A stretch of DNA of 47,007 bases from an uncultured Bacilli bacterium (lineage in GTDB: Bacteria; Bacillota_I; Bacilli_A; RF39; UBA660). Under the pieces are notes generated by a model. The model did no database searches and was not told the DNA's origin. It was given only the letters and a program-made list of their open reading frames with translations. A program made the position numbers and the translations under genes. The stretch is taken from NCBI GenBank assembly GCA_944363735.1, contig CALVVB010000004.1:1-47007 (forward strand). The letters run 5' to 3'. This document shows, piece by piece, positions 10,780 to 19,416 of this stretch (position 1 is its first letter; the number at the start of each line of letters is the position of its first letter).

Positions 10780-11312
10780 AATGCTGTTCCTTTCTTTGGA
10801 ATAAATAACTTTTCCATATTAACTTTTTCGTGTTTTAATAAATATACTTTCTTATCAATACCACCAGCATATCCTGTTAAACTACCATTTGTTCCTACTA
10901 CTCTATGACATGGTATGATTATGGAAATAGGATTATGGCCAACTGCTCCTCCAACCGCTTGACTAGACATTTTTTTAAGTCCTTTTTGTTTAGCGATGGT
11001 ATCTGCAATATCTTTATAAGTTATAACTTCTCCATAAGGTATTTCGCAAAGTATTTTCCATACTCTTTTTCTAAAATCACTACCTAAAGGACTTAAATCA
11101 AGTTCATCTATACTAGGTTTTTCCCCTTTGAAATATCTATCTAACCAATATTTAGTTTTTTCTAATATCTCTTTTTCTTCTTCTTTTATTTCATCTTTCA
11201 AATCAGAAAGATAATACTTCTCTTCTTCTATCCATAAACCTATTAATTTATTATTTTTGGAAGCTAGTAAAATATCTCCAAGTGGAGATTTATAATGTGT
11301 AGTGTAAATCAT
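10776..11312 (-). CDS. ogt: Methylated-DNA--protein-cysteine methyltransferase
   Basis: IPCHRVVG active site; AVGGAVGHNP; LTGYAGG. Confidence 0.95.
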   Translation of the reverse strand: MIYTTHYKSPLGDILLASKNNKLIGLWIEEEKYYLSDLKDEIKEEEKEILEKTKYWLDRYFKGEKPSIDELDLSPLGSDFRKRVWKILCEIPYGEVITYKDIADTIAKQKGLKKMSSQAVGGAVGHNPISIIIPCHRVVGTNGSLTGYAGGIDKKVYLLKHEKVNMEKLFIPKKGTAL

Positions 11313-11340
11313 TTAAATCATTCCTTAAAAATTATATTAC

Positions 11341-12084
11341 CTAATTAAACAACAATGGTATATTTCCATACAATATTACTCTCAATATTCCTATAATTAA
11401 TAAATGTAGTGGATAATATAGATAGAAAAACCATTTTAACCATTGTACTTTTCCCTTTTTACCATTATATCCTTTTAATAGAGGATATACCAATATTACA
11501 AATAATTGAATAATACCATATACTTTATTTACAAATATAAATGATACTAAAGCATAAATAGAAGTCCAAAACATCATACTATTCATCTTTTTACTTAAAT
11601 TATTTCTATTCTCATACATAGAAAGTATAATCATTAGTCCTATACAACTCCAATCTGATGAGAAAGTAATAACATTTAATAAAATAACTAACAGCCATTT
11701 TTGCCATTCTTTTAAATTGCTTTTACCATATACAATATAAAGAGCAACTACAGACCAAGCAAGGGTCCACATAATACTTGTTTGATTAAAGATATTACCT
11801 GTACTAAAAGGTATGTAATTTATCCCAAATGCAAAACAATATGCAAAATGAGATAAGAAAGCAAAGATAAATAATCTTATAATATATTTTTTTAAGTTTT
11901 TAGTATAATAAAAACCTTCACAGATAAAGAAAAACATGATAGGTGCAGTTAATCTTCCAATTATATGACAAATATTAGAAATCATACTATTAGGCATACC
12001 AGGATATAATAAATCTGCAATATGATCTATTGTCATTGCTATTATTGCTATTAATTTTAAATGATTAGAATTAAGTTTTTTCAT
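11341..12084 (-). CDS. TraX family membrane acyltransferase-like protein
   Basis: LKLIAIIAMTIDH, IGRL..PI..F...EGF..T, YNGKKG, FYLYYPLH. Confidence 0.88.
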   Translation of the reverse strand: MKKLNSNHLKLIAIIAMTIDHIADLLYPGMPNSMISNICHIIGRLTAPIMFFFICEGFYYTKNLKKYIIRLFIFAFLSHFAYCFAFGINYIPFSTGNIFNQTSIMWTLAWSVVALYIVYGKSNLKEWQKWLLVILLNVITFSSDWSCIGLMIILSMYENRNNLSKKMNSMMFWTSIYALVSFIFVNKVYGIIQLFVILVYPLLKGYNGKKGKVQWLKWFFYLYYPLHLLIIGILRVILYGNIPLLFN

Positions 12085-12150
12085 ACTTTTACCTCTATAA
12101 ATTTATAGTTTATAACCTTGTTTAAACAATTATATCATACTTTAACAAAT

Positions 12151-12172
12151 AAAAGTAGAGCCATAAGGCTCC
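12151..12172 (-). terminator. Intrinsic terminator, near-copy of 13495-13520
   Basis: minus strand ggagcc-ttat-ggctct-actttt. Confidence 0.7.
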
Positions 12173-12197
12173 TTAAATATGTAATTTATTTACCAAC

Positions 12198-12251
12198 TTA
12201 CTCATAAAGTCCATTTTTACTTTTAAAATAATCTTCTATATTTTCTGAAAA
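12198..12251 (-). pseudogene. C-terminal remnant of an XRE-membrane protein paralogous to 7289-7852
   Basis: SENIEDYFKSKNGLYE* aligns ungapped with VENIEKYFEDNGGSCE*. Confidence 0.55.
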
Positions 12252-12253
12252 CT

Positions 12254-12763
12254 TTAATTTTTCTTTCTAGTTAAAAAAATTCCACTAATTAATCCAATAA
12301 TGATAATTGGTACTATTCTAATAAATAACCATTCAAAAGAATGAAATGCAACTCCTAAAACAGCATTTTCAGGATTATTATAATCCCAATTTAAGTATGG
12401 ACTATTTAATGAAACTAAAGCTATGAAAATAATTATTATAATTATACACAATGATATTAGAAGACAATGAGTTATTTTTCTTTTTTCCCTTTTTCTTTGT
12501 GATAATTGTAAGTTTATTATTTCTAATTTTTCAGAAATTGCTTTTAAATCATCTGTTTTAGATTCAGCGATATTTTCTCCAAGTAATGTGCTTACAGGGA
12601 TTTCAAAAATCTCTGAAATTGAGATTAACATTTCTGCATCTGGAACTGATAAGCCTTGTTCCCATTTAGAAATTGTTTGTCTAACGACATTCAATTTTAC
12701 TGCAAGTTCTTCTTGTGAAAATCCTTTTGACTTTCTTATTGCTTTAATGTTATTTTTTAACAT
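12254..12763 (-). CDS. XRE-family HTH regulator with two C-terminal TM helices
   Basis: SQEELAVKLNVVRQTISKWEQG; GAAAGGAG RBS before MLKNN. Confidence 0.9.
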   Translation of the reverse strand: MLKNNIKAIRKSKGFSQEELAVKLNVVRQTISKWEQGLSVPDAEMLISISEIFEIPVSTLLGENIAESKTDDLKAISEKLEIINLQLSQRKREKRKITHCLLISLCIIIIIIFIALVSLNSPYLNWDYNNPENAVLGVAFHSFEWLFIRIVPIIIIGLISGIFLTRKKN

Positions 12764-12867
12764 TTTACAACTCCTTTCTTCACAAGTATTATATAAAGAA
12801 CAGTCCGTTGCTACAAGCAATGCTTATTAACATTTGGAATTTATCCTAATAAATTACTATTTGTTAT

Positions 12868-13359
12868 TTAGATAATTATATCATTAAAAATCAAATGATT
12901 AAATTGAAGATTTTCACTTTCTAAAATTTGTTTAAGAAAACTAGGTCTAATATCATAATTATTTACTTCTTTTAAATCTATCCACTTGAAATCTAATTTT
13001 ATTTTATGACCTTTATCATTTTCAGTAATAGTAAAATTATTAGTATCTATATTTTCAATAGGACTCATTAAATAATAGAAAGATATTTCATGCACTTTTT
13101 TTGAATATTTATTTATAAAGTAATTTTCTACTACACCTAAATATTTACTAATATTAAACTTTTTACCTACTTCTTCTAACAATTCACGTTTAACTGCATC
13201 CTCTGTTGTTTCACCTAATTCTACATAACCTCCAGGTAAACAAAGAAAACCGCTATCATCCATATCAACTAATAAAAGTTTATTGTTTTTAATAATTAGT
13301 CCAGACACTCTAAACTTAAAATTATAATCATCTGTTTTGATTTTTATACTTTTTTTCAT
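12868..13359 (-). CDS. NUDIX hydrolase
   Basis: Nudix box [24 protein letters not shown]. Confidence 0.92.
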   Translation of the reverse strand: MKKSIKIKTDDYNFKFRVSGLIIKNNKLLLVDMDDSGFLCLPGGYVELGETTEDAVKRELLEEVGKKFNISKYLGVVENYFINKYSKKVHEISFYYLMSPIENIDTNNFTITENDKGHKIKLDFKWIDLKEVNNYDIRPSFLKQILESENLQFNHLIFNDIII

Positions 13360-13494
13360 CTAACCACCCGTCTTTTTTATATAACTTCTTTCGAATTAGG
13401 CAAATACTTTTTTTGTTATTCATTAAAAATCAATACTCTATATTCACTCTATCTCATAAATTATTACTATCATTTATAATTATACAATTAAATA

Positions 13495-13520
13495 CAAAAA
13501 AAGTGGAGCCTTATGGCTCC
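13495..13520 (-). terminator. Intrinsic terminator; original terminator of the sRNA gene, displaced by integration
   Basis: minus strand ggagcc-ataa-ggctcc-acttttttg directly after the att core. Confidence 0.8.
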
Positions 13521-13529
13521 TTCAGGGGG
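13520..13529 (+). repeat. attL core (CTTCAGGGGG)
   Basis: Identical to 23876-23885. Confidence 0.85.
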
Positions 13530-13642
13530 AAATATTAATATCAGTTCGTAACAATTTAATAATTAGTTAAAGTCTTATATTATAAGGCTTTTTCATTTTC
13601 TTAAATTTACTAAAGTTTATAAAAATAACTTAATTTTCTGAA

Positions 13643-13665
13643 TTTAGTATCTAGATTTGGTATCT
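13643..13665 (+). repeat. Integrase arm-type sites, left (TTTAGTATCT, TTTGGTATCT)
   Basis: Same 10-mer occurs three times at 23771-23813. Confidence 0.75.
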
Positions 13666-13721
13666 GGAAATCTAATATAACAATTACTCAATACTTCAAT
13701 ATATAATAATCAGAAATAATC

Positions 13722-13967
13722 TTATTCTAAATCCAATTGTGATATTATTCGTTTCCTTTTTCTAGGATTTGCTAAAGCATTTAATTCTTTAACAGTTTGA
13801 TCTATTACTTTTTTTTCTTCCTCTGACAAAGTTCCATAATTTGTTATTTCCAATTGTTCTCCATCATATAATTTATCAGCAAACTCTATATAATCAAATT
13901 TTTCTTTTGTTTCGTCATTTATAAAATTCACCGAATTTCCATTCTTTTCAATTTTATATTTCATCAT
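13722..13967 (-). CDS. Small hypothetical protein coupled to the PHP-ATPase
   Basis: AGGAGG RBS; start overlaps the end of the upstream gene. Confidence 0.75.
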   Translation of the reverse strand: MMKYKIEKNGNSVNFINDETKEKFDYIEFADKLYDGEQLEITNYGTLSEEEKKVIDQTVKELNALANPRKRKRIISQLDLE

Positions 13968-16299
13968 TTTCCTCCTTATATGTTTTTATGTTGTATTTTT
14001 TAAATCTTTTCTTTATAGACTTCTTTCCACCATCAGTTATATCAGCAATAATATCCAAACATTTTTTATCAAATATTTTGTTTTCTATATAATTAGACCT
14101 AATAGTAATATTGTCGCCATTTGCTCTGCAATATATTATATTTTCTGCATCTGCTAAAACTGGAATGGTTGCATTATGGCTAACAATAATAATTTGCTTC
14201 TTAGTTTTTGACTTTTTTATATCATTTATTAGTTTATTATTTATATATTTATTGGCTAAATTATCTTCTGGTTGGTCAATTATTAATGGTGCCTCATCTT
14301 TACCGTATTGCAAAATCAACTCTGTTAAAACTGCTGTTTTCCATCCAGGACTTAACTCTTCCCATTTTCTTTTATCAGAAGTAATTATTTTATAATCATA
14401 TTTGTTGGACGAAGTAAATTTAGAAAAAATCTTTTGTTTAAAAACATCATAGTTATCAATTTTATATGATTTATTCAACTTATCCAAAAACAAATCGGAT
14501 GGTTTTATTTTTTCAAAATCAGTTATCTTATTATCGTTTTTTAAAAAATCATTGATATAATCTATGATATTGTTTTTTGTTATTTCCAACTTGTTTTCAA
14601 TAAATAATTGATGACCAGAAATAATTATAGGCTTTGATTGTACCTTATAAGAAAATTTGGCTAATTCATTTAAAGCTTTATCAAATTTTTTTCTTTCCTC
14701 TAAATATTTTGATATATATAATAGTGCTTTCTCATAATTACTATTTTTTGTTTTTATCTCATTATCATCATATTTGTAATTTTCGTCGAATTCTGTTTTA
14801 TGTTTTTTTATTATTTTCCTAATATATTTTTCAAAATAACTCTTTTTATATGCAGTATCTAGTTTTTGTTTAATAGATTCTATTTCTTCTTTTATATCTT
14901 CTATATAAATATTAGTTTTGCTAAATTTATATATTTCATCTAAATAATCTTGATGCTTTTCATATTCATCTTCATTATAATCTAACTTATCAATAATATT
15001 TTCCTTTGGAAATAGTTTTTCTAGTGGATTTTCTCGTTTACTCTTAAACAAAATTAAATTATCTAAATTAGTTAATGCCATTAAATTATTTTGGTAAACT
15101 TCTATTAGTTCAACGGCATTAAGGAGATTTGCTAATACATTATGAAGTTTATTTAATTTATCAGAAGTTTTTCGTTTAGATTGTTCAGTGGGTCCAAACA
15201 TCTGCTTTATTAAAGGAATATCCTCGATTTTATTTTTATTTGCAACATCTGATATAAAATTTTGATTTATATAATATGGAACAAAACCAACAGGATTATC
15301 AACCACCAATCCATCAAAGTCATATTTTACTGAATAATCAATCTTACCTAGTTTAGGATTTATTTCTTTTACAAGAGTATCAACTAATAAACTCTTACCA
15401 GATGATGATTCTCCAATAATAACATTTAATCCCTGTTTAAAATTAACATCGATATCTAGCAAATCATTTTTTATTTTGTATCCATGTATATATTCCTCAT
15501 ATAAATTTGGAATATTTTCGGAATATATTAAACGATTTGATTCTGATAAAGCTATTCTTAATCCTTCAAAAGTTGGTTCTGCAATAATCCATGTTGGTAT
15601 AAATTTTTCAGCCTTATCATCTTTTGGATTCGGATATTTTGTTGGATTATAATTATCAGAACAGGTAATTAAATTAGTGAACTCATCTATTCCTAGTTTT
15701 TTGAAATAATTCTTTGTTTTTTCCTTTCCAGAAGTGGTTCTGGCTGTAAAACCATCAAATTGATTATAGTATAAAACTTTTTCCATTACATTATCAAATT
15801 TTATTCCTTTAGGCATTGCTTTATCAAATGTACTATGATTTTGTCCACCATGTGGAAGAAGTATAAAATCATAATCGTTAAAAGTATTAATTATTTCTTC
15901 TAATTTTGGAATATCTTTATAATCTTCTTTATCAATTTCTTTTTTTGGATATAGCATATCAAGTTTTTCATTTATTTTGTCTATATTATCGCCATTTATT
16001 TCCACATTAAAGAATATATGGCAATGATATGGCTTTTTCTTTGTATCATAACTTACATGTAATTCAGCACCCAATATTAAGTAATACATATCTGGCAATT
16101 TATTCAAATAAATTTTCTTATTTATTATGTTATGATCAGTAAATGATATAAGCTTTTTCTTATCACAAGATATCTTATTAATATTTTTTATCAGTGCATC
16201 AATATCATATTCAACCCCATCTTTAATTTTATTTGGATTTTCAGATGTATGAATATGCAAGTCTGTATAAACGGGTTCAAATGACTCTTTTCTAATCAT
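13954..16299 (-). CDS. PHP-domain + ABC/SMC-type ATPase (Ppl/TrlF-like), putative anti-phage protein
   Basis: DLHIHT, TDHN, GAEL, HCH, CSDNY PHP motifs; GESSSGKS Walker A; LSPG signature; PLIIDQPEDNL Walker B/D-loop; SHN. Confidence 0.85.
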   Translation of the reverse strand: MIRKESFEPVYTDLHIHTSENPNKIKDGVEYDIDALIKNINKISCDKKKLISFTDHNIINKKIYLNKLPDMYYLILGAELHVSYDTKKKPYHCHIFFNVEINGDNIDKINEKLDMLYPKKEIDKEDYKDIPKLEEIINTFNDYDFILLPHGGQNHSTFDKAMPKGIKFDNVMEKVLYYNQFDGFTARTTSGKEKTKNYFKKLGIDEFTNLITCSDNYNPTKYPNPKDDKAEKFIPTWIIAEPTFEGLRIALSESNRLIYSENIPNLYEEYIHGYKIKNDLLDIDVNFKQGLNVIIGESSSGKSLLVDTLVKEINPKLGKIDYSVKYDFDGLVVDNPVGFVPYYINQNFISDVANKNKIEDIPLIKQMFGPTEQSKRKTSDKLNKLHNVLANLLNAVELIEVYQNNLMALTNLDNLILFKSKRENPLEKLFPKENIIDKLDYNEDEYEKHQDYLDEIYKFSKTNIYIEDIKEEIESIKQKLDTAYKKSYFEKYIRKIIKKHKTEFDENYKYDDNEIKTKNSNYEKALLYISKYLEERKKFDKALNELAKFSYKVQSKPIIISGHQLFIENKLEITKNNIIDYINDFLKNDNKITDFEKIKPSDLFLDKLNKSYKIDNYDVFKQKIFSKFTSSNKYDYKIITSDKRKWEELSPGWKTAVLTELILQYGKDEAPLIIDQPEDNLANKYINNKLINDIKKSKTKKQIIIVSHNATIPVLADAENIIYCRANGDNITIRSNYIENKIFDKKCLDIIADITDGGKKSIKKRFKKYNIKTYKEENDEI

Positions 16300-16320
16300 T
16301 TAATTCACTTCCTTACTACT

Positions 16321-16397
16321 AAAAAAACGCCAATACAAAACCTTATAAAATATAAGCCTGTACTAGCGCTTCCTTTTTATATATCAATTATATCACA
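16321..16397 (-). promoter_or_regulatory. Extended -10 promoter followed by a terminator-like leader hairpin upstream of the PHP-ATPase
   Basis: TGTGATATAAT, then an AGCGCTAGTACAGGCTTATA...TATAAGGTTTTGTATTGGCGTT stem with a T7 tail before the RBS. Confidence 0.55.
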
Positions 16398-16422
16398 AAT
16401 TTAACTTTTTTTATCATATTTT

Positions 16423-16483
16423 ATGACACAATGACACATTGTTTGCGAGTACCCTACATGCATTTATAGTGTCATAGTGTCAT
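16423..16483. repeat. Doubled inverted repeat ATGACAC-N-ATGACAC / GTGTCAT-N-GTGTCAT
   Basis: Seen directly; 31-bp spacer. Confidence 0.8.
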
Positions 16484-16488
16484 TTTCT

Positions 16489-17268
16489 TTATTTCTTTTT
16501 AAATGTTAGTCCTTTTTCTGATTTAATAGGATAAATAAAATTTACTAAATCTACAAATTCTTTATAACTTTGAATGCTATAATCAGTTATCTCATTAATT
16601 TTTTCTCTATCTAAATCTGCATATTTATCATAAATATTTACAACTTCAATACCTGCATTCTTGCTTGCTAATACTCCTGTATAAGAATCTTCAAATATTA
16701 AACATTCACTTGGAGATGCATCATAGTATTGCATTATTTTATTATATATTTCAGGATTAGGTTTCTTATTTTTTACATCTTCTTTTCTAGTAATCAAATC
16801 AAAAACTTCTGCTATATTCATTTGTTCTAGCATTCTTTTATTCTTTTTAGAATAAATATCTAGTTGAACTTGTGTTGTCATTGTTGCTAATACTAAAGTA
16901 AATCCTAAATCTTTCAACATTAATATTAATTTAACGACATCATGTTTAAAATCCATCTCGTTTTCTAAAACTTCACCTGATTTATCCCATCTAATATTAA
17001 GTAATGTCTGTGCATCTCTAATACTGAAGTTATACTTTTTTATTAGATATTTGCAATATGCCAAATAAATATCACTATCTTGATTGCTATGAAGAAAAGC
17101 ATCTCTTTCTGTTTGTATATTGTCTAAATCTATAGACATTCCTCCAAATTCTTCAATCAGTTTTTGATCTGTTCTATTCCAAACCCCAATAGAATCAATT
17201 AGTGTCCCATCCATATCGAAAATAATATACTTTTTATCTTTTAATTTAAGTTCATTTAGTTGTTTCAT
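16489..17268 (-). CDS. HAD-superfamily phosphatase (HAD-IA, beta-PGM/CbbY-like)
   Basis: FDMDGTLIDS motif I, LAT motif II, KPNPEIY, FEDSYTG. Confidence 0.92.
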   Translation of the reverse strand: MKQLNELKLKDKKYIIFDMDGTLIDSIGVWNRTDQKLIEEFGGMSIDLDNIQTERDAFLHSNQDSDIYLAYCKYLIKKYNFSIRDAQTLLNIRWDKSGEVLENEMDFKHDVVKLILMLKDLGFTLVLATMTTQVQLDIYSKKNKRMLEQMNIAEVFDLITRKEDVKNKKPNPEIYNKIMQYYDASPSECLIFEDSYTGVLASKNAGIEVVNIYDKYADLDREKINEITDYSIQSYKEFVDLVNFIYPIKSEKGLTFKKK

Positions 17269-17317
17269 TAGGTTTTACCTCCTATAATCTAATTTGCTTT
17301 ATTATCATTAGAATTAA

Positions 17318-18190
17318 TTATTTTTTATGTGATTTTTCATTATCGTAGTAACTATTTATTTCACAATAAACACTTTCTATTTTCTTTAATTCATCAAATT
17401 GTTCTTGTGGTGCCTTTCTATTCATCATACATTGCTTAATATTATTCATTCTTTTTTCATAGATAGTACATGCATGATCATTACTTTGTTTTCTAAATTC
17501 TTGTAATACCTCTAAGTAATCATTTCCAACTGGTATAACCTTAAATTGATTATCAAATGATACAACATAATTTACTTTTACACCTAAAGATATGCATTTC
17601 GATATGAAATCAGGCAATAAAGTATAACATTTATTATGTGATTCAATATTTGATAATTTAGCATTATCACTTTTTAATATTTCTTTTTCATATCTTTCTC
17701 TTGTAGCAAGTAAACTTGCTAAATCTCCTGCTACCACAACATTTAAAACAACATCGTATTCATTAGGAATTGTTTTTATTAACTCCAATAAGCTACTATC
17801 AATTGGAGCTTTTTCTCTTAAAACTGAATATCTATTTTGTATTGCATAAGAGAAAAGCTCATCCCCCCATAAATGTGCATCATAATTTGTTAGTTTTGCA
17901 TAACTTGTTGGATATTTATCCAATATTTCATCAGAATACTTACTCAAATATCTATAATCATCAGAATTTATAATTACATACTGAGATAAGTCTTCATGAT
18001 TTATATAAGTTGTTTTTCCACAACCCGGTTGTCCTACAACAAACATAATAGATGGATTATTTTCAGCAACTCTATCTGAAAACAATTTCTTCTTTAAAAG
18101 TTCTAAAACCACATCATGTTCTTTTTCAGATAGTTTATATTTTTGAATTAATTCTTGTAATAATTGATTGTTCACTTTTGCATCCTCCAT
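17318..18190 (-). CDS. Zeta-toxin family P-loop kinase
   Basis: VVGQPGCGKT Walker A, INSDDYR, TRERYE lid; ~290 aa. Confidence 0.8.
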   Translation of the reverse strand: MEDAKVNNQLLQELIQKYKLSEKEHDVVLELLKKKLFSDRVAENNPSIMFVVGQPGCGKTTYINHEDLSQYVIINSDDYRYLSKYSDEILDKYPTSYAKLTNYDAHLWGDELFSYAIQNRYSVLREKAPIDSSLLELIKTIPNEYDVVLNVVVAGDLASLLATRERYEKEILKSDNAKLSNIESHNKCYTLLPDFISKCISLGVKVNYVVSFDNQFKVIPVGNDYLEVLQEFRKQSNDHACTIYEKRMNNIKQCMMNRKAPQEQFDELKKIESVYCEINSYYDNEKSHKK

Positions 18191-18216
18191 TTTAATTTAT
18201 ATATAATTCTTATAAA

Positions 18217-18723
18217 TTATTTAATTAATCCCATATCTAAAAATAAATCTTCTAAATATCGGTTTTTATCCAAGATAATAATTGGATAACTATAATCTTC
18301 TTGGTTTCTACTCCAATTATCAAAATTATACATAACATCTTTTATTAATTCATTACTATTTCCTCTTTGCTTATATCTTTCTAGTAATTTTTTTCTGTTA
18401 TCATAATCATTAGATGGCAATATAAATAAAAAATCTATATTATTATTAATCAATAGTTCTCTTACATCTAAACTAGATGGTACTAATACAATATCATATT
18501 TTTTTCTTGCTTCTAAAATAGCATTTAAATAATTATTAGGCCATTCTGGATTTGGAGTTCTAGATGAATCGTATTTCTTTTTCTCATAATCATTTTTATC
18601 AATCATCGAGTAATCACATCTATATGGAGAACTCTGTAAATCGCATACATTTGAATATTTATTACCAACAGTTGTTTTACCTAATCCTGCAAATACACTT
18701 ATAACTTTTCCGTTCATCGTCAT
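18217..18723 (-). CDS. Small P-loop NTPase (nucleotide-kinase-like)
   Basis: ISVFAGLGKTT Walker A, DLQSS, WPNNY, ERYKQRGN lid; AAAGGAG RBS. Confidence 0.7.
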   Translation of the reverse strand: MTMNGKVISVFAGLGKTTVGNKYSNVCDLQSSPYRCDYSMIDKNDYEKKKYDSSRTPNPEWPNNYLNAILEARKKYDIVLVPSSLDVRELLINNNIDFLFILPSNDYDNRKKLLERYKQRGNSNELIKDVMYNFDNWSRNQEDYSYPIIILDKNRYLEDLFLDMGLIK

Positions 18724-18730
18724 ATCTCCT

Positions 18731-19252
18731 TTAGTTTTTCTTTGGCAACTTACTATAATCATATTTATGTTCTGCTACTTCTAATTCATCAAAAGCATAT
18801 TTTATATCTTCAATTGCTTTATCAATTGTATATAAACTATCTTTATCTTTTTGCATTATTTGCAAGTGTTCTATTGTATAAAATAACTTTTGTCTTGCAT
18901 CACTTACTTTTTTTCTTTTTTCATTATCAAAATCTAGTAATTCTAGTTCAGATTTTTTATATTGTTCTATTAAGTCTTTTAAATCTTTACTAGATTTATT
19001 TGCATATTTATCTTTAGAAACATAGAAAAGCATCTCATCATAACCAGCTACCTTTAATAATTTTTGTAATGACATATCTAATGTTTCAGCAATCTTTCGT
19101 AGATCATCAATATCTACTTTTTTTATTTTACCATTAATTAAATCATTTAAAGTACTTCTGCTAATACCTGTTAATTTAGCAAGTTCTCTTTGTGAAATAC
19201 CTTTTGCTTCTCTTGCTGATTCAATTAAAATTTTAAGTTCTTCTGAGTTCAT
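18731..19252 (-). CDS. XRE-family repressor of the element with helical C-terminal domain
   Basis: ISQRELAKLTGISRSTLNDLING HTH; divergent from the xis/rep/mob operon. Confidence 0.88.
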   Translation of the reverse strand: MNSEELKILIESAREAKGISQRELAKLTGISRSTLNDLINGKIKKVDIDDLRKIAETLDMSLQKLLKVAGYDEMLFYVSKDKYANKSSKDLKDLIEQYKKSELELLDFDNEKRKKVSDARQKLFYTIEHLQIMQKDKDSLYTIDKAIEDIKYAFDELEVAEHKYDYSKLPKKN

Positions 19253-19315
19253 AATAACACTTCTTTCTCCCCTTTTGTCTCTCAACAATTTAATTTTACC
19301 ACATTTTTATTCAAA

Positions 19316-19392
19316 TGTCTAGTTTTTCGGTCAAGTTGTATTGACAATATTTTCGGACAGTGTTATATTTAAATTGTCCTTAATATCGGACA
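19316..19392. promoter_or_regulatory. Divergent promoter region with three 18-bp operators
   Basis: TGTCTagtttttCGGTCA (19316), TGACAatattttCGGACA (19342), TGTCCttaatatCGGACA (19375); TTGACA-17-TATATT at 19341-19369. Confidence 0.75.
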
Positions 19393-19416
19393 TTCAGAAG
19401 AAAGGAGGTTAAGAAT

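Noticed and set aside
11341-12084. TraX as evidence of a conjugation locus
   Set aside because: Stand-alone TraX-family genes are common, and no T4SS genes are present in the window
625-13359. Integron cassette array
   Set aside because: No recurring attC-like repeat seen, and the integrase is element-type with arm sites
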